Source: the human T2T-CHM13v2.0 reference genome, Homo sapiens. Taken from it: DNA of 64,000 nt. Positions 51,251 to 64,000 of this stretch are shown here, piece after piece. The stretch is from the NCBI RefSeq assembly GCF_009914755.1, contig NC_060930.1; one strand, written 5' to 3'. The notes beneath the pieces are model-generated. The model did not search any database, was not told where the DNA came from, and saw only the letters and a program-made list of their open reading frames with translations. Each line of letters starts with the position of its first letter. Position 1 is the stretch's first letter. The position numbers and the translations under genes were made by a program.

Positions 51251-53173
51251 ATACAGTAAAGTCATCTAACCATTTCTTGGCTATCATATGTTGAAAAACT
51301 AACTTGGGAATATAGGCTTTGATGAATTGAGGCCTCAGTTGAAACTGAACCAGGAAAGGTCCACTTTAATTTACTGTTACAAATACATGCTTTCAATTTA
51401 GAAAATTAAATAGCCAATTTCTAAAGAATATAATTGGGAGATTTTTAAAAGAATTAACGAACTTATTGAGCTTAGCAATAGAATGCACAGTAAAAACTAA
51501 ATCACTCTACCAATGTATAAATGGTTGATGAAACTAATTACAACATATGGATGAGGATACATGCAGTTTTATAGTATCATTGCAGTAAATTACATAATTG
51601 TGGCACTGTTAGAGTATTTAGCTGCATTCAAGAGAAATCATGAATTTTTTGGAACGACATCAGAGGGCTTACAGATCTGTGGCAAGAGTAGGAAGCCAGG
51701 GTCAGAATTTGGGCAGAAAAATAATCAAGTCAATGTCCCAGGAACATTCTGGCTAGGATTCTACCATCAGAACTGGACTCTCAAAAATATAACCACAGTG
51801 ATTAATTTCACCATTTCCCTTCAAATTTGCATCAGTCCAAGTTTCAAAGTCCTAGTTGAAACCATGCAATGGCTGCATCTAAATCACATGTCTACATACA
51901 GGGTGTCAGAATTGGACAAGGGAATAGCTCAGCCCTTAGACTCCTGTACTAGGAGGACTGACAGAAAAGATATTCAAATGGTTAGAAGTTGTAAAAGGAA
52001 AAAAGTAAATGCTCACTATTGAATCTTACAAAAAAGTAAGCTTGAGATTCAATAGTCAGTCCAGGAAGGTGAAAGCAGGTATAAACCAGGGTGTACAGGG
52101 TGAGAAGAAAAACTGTTCAGGAAAGTATATAAAACATAAAAACACTTAGGGTCAAGCTAAAGAGATCTCAACTTAAAAATGAGTATTGTCATGTAATAAA
52201 ACCACACACTAAAATTCTGGCTCAGTATTTACCAAATCTTAAACTCAGCCACTAGATATGAAACAATGAACCCTTTTTCATACCTTTTGAATAATTGATT
52301 TGTTGGCATATCCCAATTGAGAAATGCTGGCACCGGTAAATATAAGAAAGCAAAAACCAAAACCATGATATTTACAAGAGCATACACTTTAATTGGCTAT
52401 AATAATGCCAAATTGTGATAACGCCTTTATGAATCTGCCACTCATTAGGTCAAAGAAATGAAGTATTCAAGATTAGCGTTTGTTTTCTTCTAATAAGCTA
52501 AGGCTCTTTAAGTATCTGGATTAGGAAAAAGAATAAAATAAGCAAAGAAATGAACTCTGGATCTGCCCCACTGATATTCCTTTCTCACTTTGTCCCTGCC
52601 CCAAGGTCTGAAAAATTAATAGATATAGCAGAGAAAGCATTAAAGCGGGAAAATGGCAAAATATAATTATTTAATGACTTTGAGCATTGCTCCGTGACTG
52701 TCTGTTCATAATTCAGCTTATGTCTCTCATACCCATATGGGGAAAAATTGGGTATGATGCCATTTATTTAAACATTGTGTGGACTGCAATGTGTTCTATT
52801 CTAATTCACATAGTTTCTTTGAGTTTATATGTGGAGGTATGCATAGGATGGGCAATAAGCTTACTTTGAGGTATGGGAAATCAGGTATTTTGCTTTTAAA
52901 CAATGGTCTGTGAGAATATACTCTCTGGAGTGGGATAATGGGTAGTACTACTTAAATCTACTCTGACCCAAAAGTTTTAAACACATAAAAAGTGTGAGGA
53001 GAAAAGGGAGAGAGGGAGGAGAAGAATAAGAGGCAAAAACAGGAGAAACACTAGCAGCAGGGAAACTATAAACAGAAAGGACTGACCTATCCTTCATAAA
53101 TGAGAACTACAAGTGGTTTTGGTAGGATGAAGGAGGATAACATAAAGGATTTAAAAAAAAAAACAGCTCAAAG

Positions 53174-53385
53174 CAACTGTGTGGTGGAGCAAGCATATAT
53201 CAGCTTGCAAAGCTAACTGTGTGCATTTCTTTCCATCTCTGCCTTCTGAGGTATCATATTGGTAGCTTGAAACTGGCCATGATGGGAGTATTTATATCAT
53301 AAAAATTGGGAAATGCTACAGATCAGCGCTTTTTTCTCCTCCCTTCAGAGAATCAGTAGTTAAACATTTATCAGAATATTGCTAG
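53174..53385. mobile_element. MER63A-like hAT DNA transposon
   Basis: ttggtagcttgaaactggccatgatgggagtattta..aaatgctacagatcag..gttaaacatttatcag. Confidence 0.75.
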
Positions 53386-54949
53386 CTAGAAACCACAAAG
53401 TCAGAAGACCCCAAGAACAAGAATATTGGGAACAGTGAGGACACACACACCATCTGCTAGTTGAGGCCTTTTTGTAGCATAGAAGCAAATGGAACCAGCC
53501 GGTGGCAGCATCCAGAAATTGTGAGGCCAGTAATGGAGCCTGAGGTGCTCAGGTTCATGTTTAAACCACATCAGTAATTATGATCCCATATATGGTTTAG
53601 AATTTCAGTGAAATTTTGGTCAAACTGCTCTAAAGTGATGCAGAAGCTGGGCCTGCTTTTTGAATATTTTCTAAGAGGACCAAGATGCCATGTGCTGCTC
53701 CCAGTGATGTGTCTTGCCTCTCTGCATTTGAGAAGCCTCAGTGAACAGCGCTATTGTGCTGCGTTGCCACCAGAAGTCAAATATCATTTGGAGGTGAACA
53801 GAGGTAATGATGCTGTGTTGTGACAAATCCAAAATCCAGACAAATATTGCTACAGAATAAAAGTAATAAAAAGCCACTGTAGTGGCCTTGGTTTACCTCT
53901 AGAGATTATTTACAATAGGTACACATATGAAATTCTTTATGAATGAATCACCATTCTTACTCTTTAGATCCATTTCTATTTATTTTGCTCACTCAGTAAA
54001 ATATCTTTTAGAAAATAATTTTAGGACTTACCCCCTAATCAACATAATTTTAATCAATTTCCTCATATTTTTTCATTACTACATGGTTAATTTATTAAAC
54101 ACTATCATAGTCAAAGTTATAGGGATAATTGCATTTGCATTAAATAATGTTAAGGAAATTATACAATTAGAACTATGTTAAGCTTTATTTTTAGTGCATT
54201 AGAGAGTCAGCGTGCTTTAACTATCACAAGTAGTTGGTTTCATCCATCTCTTTTATTTTCCCTGATTCACTATTAGAGAACAAATTTTATGTGTCCTTGC
54301 TGAAACGCCTGCAGAAGAAATTAACCATGGCATGTATCACAGACAGCTTTAATGTTTTCTGACATTTACCCACTATTGTTGGGAAATTCCTGTATTTCTA
54401 TACATAATTTAGATATGTTAATAAAATTTTTTTCACCATATACAGGGAAAACTAATAAATGTTTTAGGCAAAAACATAATGCATGTGGTGGAATCATATA
54501 TGCATAGTACAGGTATTCTAAATTAGGTTTTAAGTCCATATCATTAAACCTGTATTCTCAGTTAGGTTTAAAGTCCCTATAATTAAATATATATTTTCTA
54601 TTATATTCAAATGATTCTAAAATTTTAGCTATATAAGGCACTATGAATGTTATAAAACCCAAACTCCTTATACTAAAGATAAAGAAACTGAGTTCCAGAG
54701 AAAATGAGGACCACAGAAACACAAGTCATAGAAATATGAGTCATATGTTCCCATTCTACAGAAAACATGAGCATTACATTTGGAAGATATAATACAAACC
54801 TAAAACTGTTCATACAATATCATTATTGTATGCTTAACAAATAAAGTCAGTCCCCTGACACAAACCTATAATTGACCTCAAATTCCTGGGCTCAAGCAAT
54901 CCTTCTGCCTCGGCCTCCCAAGTAGCTGGGACTAGAAGCACATACCATC

Positions 54950-56900
54950 ATGCACATAGTTCAAACTATATTTTTAAATTTTCATTCTGATTTATTCTTT
55001 GACGTATACATTACATAGAAGTGCACTGTATTGTGGTTAGAGAATTGTTTCTTAAGGAAATTGAGATTCCAGTTTAATTGTGCCAATTGTGTTAAGAGAA
55101 ATATATTGCAAATTTTAAGGCTTTATCACATTCTTCCTAAGACTTTTAGACTATATGTTTCCAAGTTTTGTGGTTAGTTGCATCAAGGTTCGTGGTTATT
55201 ACACCTTATTTATGCAGTGGAATTTTATTAATATGAAATGTCTTTTTTTTCATTTGATACTTTTTGTGTTGAATCTATTTTGTCTAGTTTGGTGTACTAA
55301 TACTTTTTAGCTCTTTAGGTATTGTATTATAATTTTTAAACATTTTGCTAAATGAGCCTTTTTCTATTCTGTAATTTGCAATTTCTCTGTGTCAGCAGTG
55401 TATGATGGAATTTTTTAGTTTAGCAATCTGAAGTTTGAGATATTTAATAGAAAAATAAGTACATTGATGTTTAGTTTTGCTATTGATGTTTTGTCATAAT
55501 TCTATCTTATTTTGTTTTCTACTTTCAATTTATTTTTGTTTTCTTTCTTGATATCTTTCTGATCACATTTGATATGCTAGAATATTTGTTTTGCTAGAAT
55601 ATTATATACTTTTAGTAGTATATAAGATAAAAATAAATTTTTTTATTATAGATATTTAGTCCAGTGATGAGTCCTAAGTAATATGCATATTTACAATTAT
55701 TATTTTTTATGAATGGCTAAAACCAATTGATATATATACACCCTTACTTTGATTCCTTCTTCCCATTTGGCTGGAGCTTACCTTTTCATAAGTACTTCAA
55801 AAATGTCATAAATGTTCTCAGTTCTTACTTAAGGATTAATATCATTGTTTTGTGATTCTAAATTCAAATTTATTTTCTGTCAGAACATTGAAAATATTAA
55901 TTAATTGTCTTCCATTCTATAATGTTGCTGAAATAGTCATGTGGTTTTAGCTTTTTTTTGTTTCCAGTTAACTTTTATTCTCTCTTCTCAGTTTTGTCTT
56001 CTTTATATTCTTAGAGCTCTGAAATGTGAAATACACCATGATGGATTTATGTAGATCACTTTTTTTTTTTTTTGACAGAGTCTTACTCTGTCACCCAGGC
56101 TGGATTGCAGTGATCTTGGCTCACTGCAACCTCTGCCTCTCTGTTTTAAGGGATTCTCCTACCTTAGTCTCTTGAGTAGCAGAGACTACAGATGTCCACC
56201 ACCACACCCAGCTAAGTTTTATATTTTTAGTAGAGACAGGGTTTCGTCACATTGGCCAGGCTGGTCTTGAACTCTTGACCTCGAGTGATCCGCCAGCCTG
56301 GGCCTCCCAAAGTACTGGGCTTAAAGGCATAAGCCACCATGCCTGGGCTTATGTATATCCTTTTAAATTTATCTTATTCATCTTTTGGAATCTTTCAATC
56401 CAAGATTTTAGAATTATTTCAGCCCTGGAATATTGTTTTCTATTTTTCTTTGCTTCCAATACCCCATTAAACACATACCCATATATTATTTACTTGCAGT
56501 ACTTCTTTTAGCAATTTCAGGAATATTTTATTATATTAACAATATCTTTTTAAATATAATTTTCTTTTATTTTAGATCAGGACAATCTTTCCACTCACTC
56601 TTCTAACTAATGTATTCATTCTTTAGTTAAGCCTATTCTTTATTCCATTATATCTTACATTTTCATATTTTGAAGATCGGTTTTTATGTCATCTGTTTCC
56701 TAATCTTTTGTGAATAGGATATAATCTTTCAAAGCATATTAATCACATTTACTTTAAAACTTTCTTTTTGCTTACTTTACTTCACTTGCCAAGTTGTTGA
56801 TTTATTGCTTGGTTTGTTGTCTTTCATACATAAATTTTTCAAAGTCTGGTAATTCTTGTTTTTCTTCGTATCTTTGTATCTCATACTTCCTATTTGTCTG
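54950..56900 (-). mobile_element. Old L1M fragments (antisense)
   Basis: T-rich degenerate L1 antisense sequence interrupted by an Alu; boundaries approximate. Confidence 0.55.
56060..56348 (-). mobile_element. Alu (AluS-like)
   Basis: Antisense Alu with poly(T). TSD ttatgtagatc/ttatgtatatc. Confidence 0.93.
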
Positions 56901-57233
56901 CTTGTGGATGCAAATTACAAACACTAGATCTTTTTTTTTTCTTTTATAGCAGCAGAAGTATAAGGTGTGCAGAAGGAAAGATATGTAATTAACTTGATTT
57001 CTATTTTTGTGGGTTCTATTTGCCTACTGAAGCTTGTAAATTGCCTTGGCTACTGTTCTGCATTTCAGGTTCTATCTCCTACTTAGCATGGACCAAACAT
57101 TTCTGTTGTCTGCTTCTTTGCAAGAGAGTGAAAGTCCAGTGTGAAGGCATCAAAGACATATTCCACTCTCAGCATCATATAGGTCTTTTAGGGAGCTTAA
57201 TTTTTAATTTGTTTACCCATCTAGCCAATCCCA

Positions 57234-57269
<36 letters not shown>
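57234..57269. repeat. (ATT)n microsatellite
   Basis: About 12 ATT units; explains the poly-Tyr run in ORF 57020..57322. Confidence 0.95.
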
Positions 57270-59097
57270 GTCAAAATGTGTTTTTACATTTTGTCTTCCA
57301 GTATGCTTACACATGCTTATAAAATTTTTTTTTTTGTAATTTCAAGCTATTGAGGTGAGTGGGAGATATAGAATATGTGCTCAGCCAGCCATCCTGATTG
57401 AAACCAAACCACAAAAAAGGGACAAAGTTGTGAGTCTAACACAGATATCTGACACAAACATTATTCTTGCCTCACTATGCTATATAATAACACTTATTAA
57501 AAGGCAGGATAAACATAAATTTGGTAACCAGATGATAACATGACCCTCCTGTTCTCACTGGATTGATTAACTTTTTTAAGTTCACCCTTAGGCATGTGAA
57601 AAGAGAACTTTTTAAACCCTATGGGCAGGAGCTCCTTATGTAAAATCAGATCAATTATGAATTCACTTGATTCCTGCAAAGCTCCCTGGAGGCGGGATGG
57701 CTTAGTTGCTAGCTTTGCCTTTTAAGGTAAATAATAGAACCAATTAGCAATATTCTTGTTCAACATGGATAACAAAATTTGTTTACTATACATAAAGCTT
57801 ACTCAATATAAAATGAACTTCTTTTTATTTGGTGATTGAATTATTACCTGCATTTGCAGAGCAAAATTCCTATGCCATCAAAGTTTTTATGAAGTACACA
57901 ACATTCTTATTTCCATCTGAAGTCATTTATACTGATATCATTTATTATTAGAATTATTGAGTAGGTCAAAATTAGGAAAAACTTACAATTTAAATCTTTC
58001 TGTTTAATTTTATTCCCTCTTCTGGCTTCTCTTTACCACCTGCCAAGGCTTACTAAGTAAAACCACCACTATGTTCATAGAATTAATTGTTCATACACCA
58101 ACATTTGTGACATTTGGCTACTTTAGCTAACAAGATAGACTTATTTGTGTATTTCTCCTTGCTTGAATTCGCTCACACAAACACTTAACAGGCCTCTTTC
58201 TGAGAACAGTCCGATTCATTAGTATTAATATGTACCGGGCTATCATGTTTCCTTGAGCAGTCATTTCTACTAACTTAAAATATATGAATATGAAAACATT
58301 TTCTTCTCAAATTAGTACTAGGTCACCCATAGAGATGTCATCTGTTACCTGAAAATTGCTTCTAGTGTGCTTTCATTCCTCTGCTTTCTCTGCTACTTTT
58401 TAGAAGTCAATGTCTAATAAAAATGACTAATTTTTCCTAGGGAACAACTGGAACCAAATTTCCCTTGTAACACTTCTAGCCAACAAAATGAAACAATCAC
58501 ATTGAGATTCTTTGTGTGCTCCATTATGGTGCTTGTGGCCAAATATTCAAGTCTTTAAAAGTATTTTAACCATGCAGCTTCTCAAACAGTTTTAAAATAC
58601 CCCTGAGAGCAATTGGATAATTATGCCACTATTCAACTTTCCAGGGGATCAGTTTGTCTACTTAAGAACTTTGTTATGATTTGGCAGCAAGAAAATTTGC
58701 TCTGTAATTATTATTCAAGTTATACGATCCTGATCTGAACCAAATAAATGTGAGAAATGTTCATCAAAACAAATCAAGCTTTGCCTAACCAGTAGCATGC
58801 TCTAGGTAAAAGCTTTCTGATACTCGTGTGCTAGAGATCGCATGAGTGGTAATACATCGATTTCCTCAGCCTTTGGGGCTTTCAAGGCTAGCTTAAGAAC
58901 CTAAAGAACTTATGCATTTAACCTGCAGTCATAACATTCTTATACTTCATCATGCCTTACAAGTTGTTTTAATCCATGGGTTCATGACTGGGAAAACACA
59001 GAATTACTCCTCTGCATAACTACTAACGGGCAGAAATCAACTCAAATAACTTTCAGAAAATAATTTATTCGCTTCTCAATGTCAAAAATAACCACCA

Positions 59098-59392
59098 GGC
59101 TGGGTGCAGTGGCTCACACCTGTAATCTCAGCACTTTGGGAGGCCCAGGCGGGCAGATCACCTGAGGTCAGGAGTTCAAGACCAGCCTGGCCAACATGGC
59201 GAAACCCCGTCTCTACTAAAAATACAAAAAAATTAGCCGGGCATGGTGGCACGTGCCTGTAGTCCCAGCAACTTAGGAGGCCGAGGCACGAGAATCACTT
59301 GAACCCAGGCAGCAGAGGTTGTAGTGAGCATAGATTGCACCACTGCACTCCAGCCTGGGCGACAGAGTGACACTCGGCCTCAATAAAAGAAA
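59098..59392 (+). mobile_element. Alu (AluSx-like)
   Basis: Full dimer. TSD aaaaataaccacca/aaaaatcccacca. Confidence 0.95.
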
Positions 59393-59643
59393 AAATCCCA
59401 CCAATCTGGCCACAGAGGCTCTGCATCTTCAGATGGTGATACTGTGTTACAGTAAAACAATTCAAGTATTACTGAGAGAACTACATTATTTTTTCTGACA
59501 CTTTTCAGATGAAAAATCATTAAATATACTAAACAGTTACTCAAGTGAAAAATTCTTTATAAACAAGCTATCAATTTTCAAAAAAAGTTTAGTAAAACTG
59601 GCTCCATTCTTACTAATACTTAACTTTTTAATTATCAGCTTTT

Positions 59644-59681
59644 TTATATTTTTTTATTATACTTTAAGTTCTAGGGTACAT
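59644..59681 (-). mobile_element. Extremely 5'-truncated L1PA 3' end
   Basis: Minus strand atgtaccctagaacttaaagtataat plus A tail; flanking gctttt direct repeat. Confidence 0.75.
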
Positions 59682-61169
59682 GCTTTTAAACATATAATCT
59701 TATGTATTCTTATTAGAATTTTCCTTTATTACTTAATCTGCCTGTAAATTGAATTCAGCACCCCATGGTTTGCCATTTATATCTTCTTTTTCACTCATCA
59801 TTAAAAACCTCCATTACATTTTGCTTGTCTACCGAGGGTAGATTAGGGAGCAAACTACACTGCCTAGAACACAGTAGGGATTCAATAAATTAATTGATTC
59901 ACTGACTAATGTTAGTTTATTTTTTGCTTGTTCTCTTGGAGACTCATTTATTCTCTCTTCAAAACAGAAAAAGAACTAAACAACAAAGAAATAAAAACTC
60001 TCTACTAGAGAACTGACAGATAATTTCCTTCTAGTCCAGCGTCCTTTCTAGGATACCTTTTTACCCAATAAAAAAACAACTTCTTTTTTAGTAGGGTTTT
60101 TTTTTTTTGGCCTAATGTTATACGACCAGAAGTTTGTTGGTCCATCAACTTGCCACTGAAGCAATGGGTATAAATAGAAACTGCCTGAAATAAAGGGAAC
60201 ACATCTCTTACAACAAAGCAAAACGTAACAAAGCAGAAGATGTTCAAATAGAAAATTGATGTAGGATTTCAAATTATTTCATTGCAAGCTTCAGCAGAGA
60301 ATTTCTTTGTGGTCAAGCTAGGTCACAACTGGGCTGTGAGGATTTATAAGGTGGAATCATCAGAGAAAGGAAGAACTAAGATGTAATTGAGTGGATACCC
60401 ACCCTAAGGTAAATTACAATTCATTAACTCGGTCTCCAGCAATTTCAAGTGTTAAGAATTTTGAGCATACTTTGAAAATTTAGGAGACTGCTTTGAAAAG
60501 AGCCAAGAGAAACACAATGTATAGGTCTGAATATAAAATTAGTAATTAACCATAATGAATACCCTCAGTCTTTTAAGATAATAGAAAGTTATTATTACTG
60601 GATACACATAAGCTGACTTATTGTTCCCCTCAGCATCCTACCAATTGGAAGCAGGTGGAACATATAGAAGAACTAGGTCTTACTACAGCAATCTGCAATG
60701 ATATCAAGGTGAAGGAAAAAATGAAAGTACCCTCTTCTAAAGGTGCGAGTAAAAACAACAAAATACAGCTGCCTTTGCACCTGTTCGTGAAACTCTTTAA
60801 AAGAGGGATACTGTTAATATAGATGCCTTCCTTCTCCACATTTTTCTCAAGATCCTACAAACAGTGGAGCTAGTATTTCATGTAGAGAAGGAGGTCTGCT
60901 TACACAGCTCAGTAGTGTCATTAACATCCATTGTGAGAACTAGACTGAGCCTTCTCACTACCCTTGGTGGCCCTGCCCAGTATCAGAGGATGATATTTGG
61001 GTCTGTGAACAAGAGTTGGGAGTCACTGCTTGTGTCAGAGAGAAAATGGGCCATGTCAGAATGCAGCTTCCCAGGTATACACAGCATCTGAGAGGGTTGG
61101 CTTTCCTAAGGTCAGGGGTCAGACAGGATGTGATTTTTAAATATTTCCATAGTGTAGGAGTAGTGCTTC

Positions 61170-61529
61170 TGTATTAGTCCGTTTTCATGCTGCTGATTAG
61201 GACATTCCTAAGACTGGTGATGTATAAAGAAAAAGAGGTTTAATGGACTCACATTTCCACATGGCTGGGGAGGCCTCACAATCATGGCGGAAGGTGAAAG
61301 GCATGTCTTACACAGCAGCAGGCAGGACAGAATGAGAGCTAAGCAAAAGGGGAAACCCCTTATAAAATCATCAGCTCTCATGGGAATTATTCACTACCAC
61401 GAGAACAATATGGGGGAAAACACTCCCATGATTCAATTATTTCCCACCGGGGCCCTCCACAACAGGTGGTAATTATGGGAGCTACAATTCAAGATGAGAT
61501 TTGTGTTGGGACACAGCCAAACCATATCA
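61170..61529 (-). mobile_element. THE1 (THE1B-like) solo LTR
   Basis: tgtattagtccgttttcatgctgctgat...gggacacagccaaaccatatca; 5-bp TSD gcttc/gctgc. Confidence 0.93.
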
Positions 61530-63483
61530 GCTGCTTGTAAAACAGAAGCCTGAACTAGAGGAACTTTTGAGGACTGTTTTCAGTCTTCCTGCTTTTCTCT
61601 ACTGAGTAAACATGAAAAAGACATAAATGTCTGTCACATTAAAAAAGCAAACGAACAAGAAAAAGTGGTTAAAATATAGAGAGAAGGAGAAAAACATCCT
61701 AAGGGATGATTTTCCTGGGACACTTTGCCTGTTAAAATCCATGAGGCCAATTTTGATATAAAAGGTATGGATGGAATTGTGTCAAGATCTTTTAAAAGAA
61801 GTTCCGCAAAGGAAAATAGGTCAGTTAATATATGAAAAGGAAGATGTAATTAATCATGACTAAAGTAAGAAGAGATAAAATATAAAATTTTAATAAGAAA
61901 AGTTTCTGGAACGATCTAAAGCAATAAATTACTCAGAGGGAAAAAATGCAATCAATTTAAAAAACATATTTAAAGTATGCAAGCATATAGAAGTGATTCA
62001 GACAGCACATATCTAAGTGTGTTAACTGAATTAGTTGTAAAATAACTTTAATAACATGCTGGTGAAAAGAGAATACAAGTAGTTTTCAAGTTAAAATGTG
62101 ACAAATTATGCAAATACAAATATAATCAGGAAGTAAATATAGAGAAAAAATGATGAAAATTAAATATAATAAAATGAAAATTAAATATAAAGAAATACTT
62201 TTAAAGGTCACATAATAGGAAAAAATTAAGATAATGGGCTCAAAAGCAGTCATATTTATAGAAGTGGGTACTAGAGATGACACTCAAAAGAAGTAGCTCT
62301 TCTGGAACTCTTAAAACTGAGTATACATTTTGTCAGGCTTCCCACCTTTCCCTCTTTGTTTCTAGCTTACCCTTTCTTCTTCAAAGAACTCTTGGATAGT
62401 AGTTGAGAATATTTGATTCAGGTAAAGAGAGAGGAGCCACAAATACTGAGAAAATCTTTGCGAAAACATTTTTAAAAGTATGTGTACATTAAAAAACATT
62501 TTAAAAGTATAATCAAACAAGCAGATATATATGTCTCAGATTCCTGGCATTCTGATCCTATAACCATCATTACCAGCTGTGTAATGTGAGCAAATCTATT
62601 TGCCTCTGTGTGTTTCAGGTTTTGTTTTGTTTTGTTTTATTTTGTGGTTTTTGTCTTATAAAATGACTGGAGTTGGCAAGATACTCTCTCATGTCATGTG
62701 TTCCATGTTATGTGTAGTATTATAATTTTAAAATCAACCTTGTCACACAAACCTTTGTTGAGCCATTTAGAGAGGCATTATAAGGCATTTGCTAAAGCTT
62801 GCATGTATAACAAAAAGCTAGAAAATTAAGTTGAAGAGTCTCACTTTCTAAATGTACTTTTAAAATGCTGAAATAAGTGCTAAAATCATTCATTGTCAGA
62901 AGTAACTCTGCCAGTGGCCACAGAACATGTAATGTCTTGAATGTTTTCCACTTCTAGCTTTTATAATAAGACACCAATGTTACATTTGGAAGAGAGCAGA
63001 TCTGGAAGAGAGTTATAAGTATTGAAATCCTATCTGTCCTGAGAAATAAGTAATCTGAAAAGGAAGAAAGAAAAGGACTTAAAACTAGCTATTGTCAGGC
63101 AGTTAACATTGTGATTTATTATTTGTATTGGTCATTATGTAACTATTAACATGCTGCCTTTTCTTCAAAGTGTCTCCTACATAATAAAAGCTGGAGAGTT
63201 AGAAATAATGAACATTTATTTCTGCATAAAGGAATATGCTGCAGGCTTGAGCTAAAGCTTTTAGAAATCTACATAAGAATTATTATTGAAGTTGTAAAGT
63301 TGATGAGATTTCAGAGAGACAAAGAAAGCAAGGAGAACATAAGACTGATCCTGGTGATACCTATCTTTAGAGCACAGGAAGGCATAGTTAGGTAAAAGGA
63401 ATATCAAGGTGCCTAAATCTAGAGAAGCAGAAGGACTTTAACAAGGGAATGGTTAAGAAAATGAAGAACAGTGGCCGGGAGCT

Positions 63484-63762
<279 letters not shown>

Positions 63763-63788
63763 TTATCCACAGTATTTTCATGGATATA

Positions 63789-63918
63789 ATATACATAGTT
63801 TTAGAGAGACAGGGTCTCTCTATGTTGCTAGGCTGGTCTCAAACTCTGGGCCTCATGTGATCCTCCTGTCTTGGCCTCCCAGACTGGGATTATGGGCATA
63901 ATCCACAACTCCCAGGTG
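63789..63918 (-). mobile_element. FLAM / Alu monomer
   Basis: Antisense left monomer with a perfect 15-bp TSD attttcatggatata (63774-63788 and 63919-63933). Confidence 0.88.
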
Positions 63919-64000
63919 ATTTTCATGGATATAGACAGAGATTTTCTTGCAGCCAAACCATTACTGACAAAGAACTCCCTCTTGTCTAGTAGAGGAAGGG

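Noticed and set aside
51561-52022. 153-aa ORF, also 28980..29366 and 47949..48320
   Set aside because: No recognisable domain or splice context; composition is typical of chance ORFs in AT-rich DNA.
54513-54590. Diverged 39-bp tandem duplication, with smaller ones near 62154 and 62463
   Set aside because: Two-copy local duplications are common and show no further structure.

Overview
AT-rich, CpG-depleted primate (human-like) genomic DNA, intergenic or deep intronic, dominated by retroelements. I cannot recognise any cellular protein-coding gene, RNA gene, CRISPR array or prokaryote-type system. The main element is a complete but decayed 9.86-kb class I (gamma-like) endogenous retrovirus on the minus strand (3556-13414). 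It has both LTRs, a tRNA-Pro-like PBS, a leader minisatellite, gag, pro-pol and a full-span env, and best matches LTR9/HUERS-P3 from memory. Other elements: an old L2 interrupted by a solo LTR8, an Alu and an unexplained poly(A)-tailed insert; a full-length L1PA7-like element (17509-23798); a 5'-truncated L1PA8A/10-like element; about 10 Alus; and THE1, MLT1, MER20, MER31, MER63, MIR and old L1M fragments. The best second-look items are the env architecture, an 18-nt templated insertion inside the L1, octamer motifs in both LTRs, palindromic micro-structures and a few candidate splice signals. Subfamily names come from recalled consensus sequences, not a database search. I see no evidence for a genuinely new biological system.
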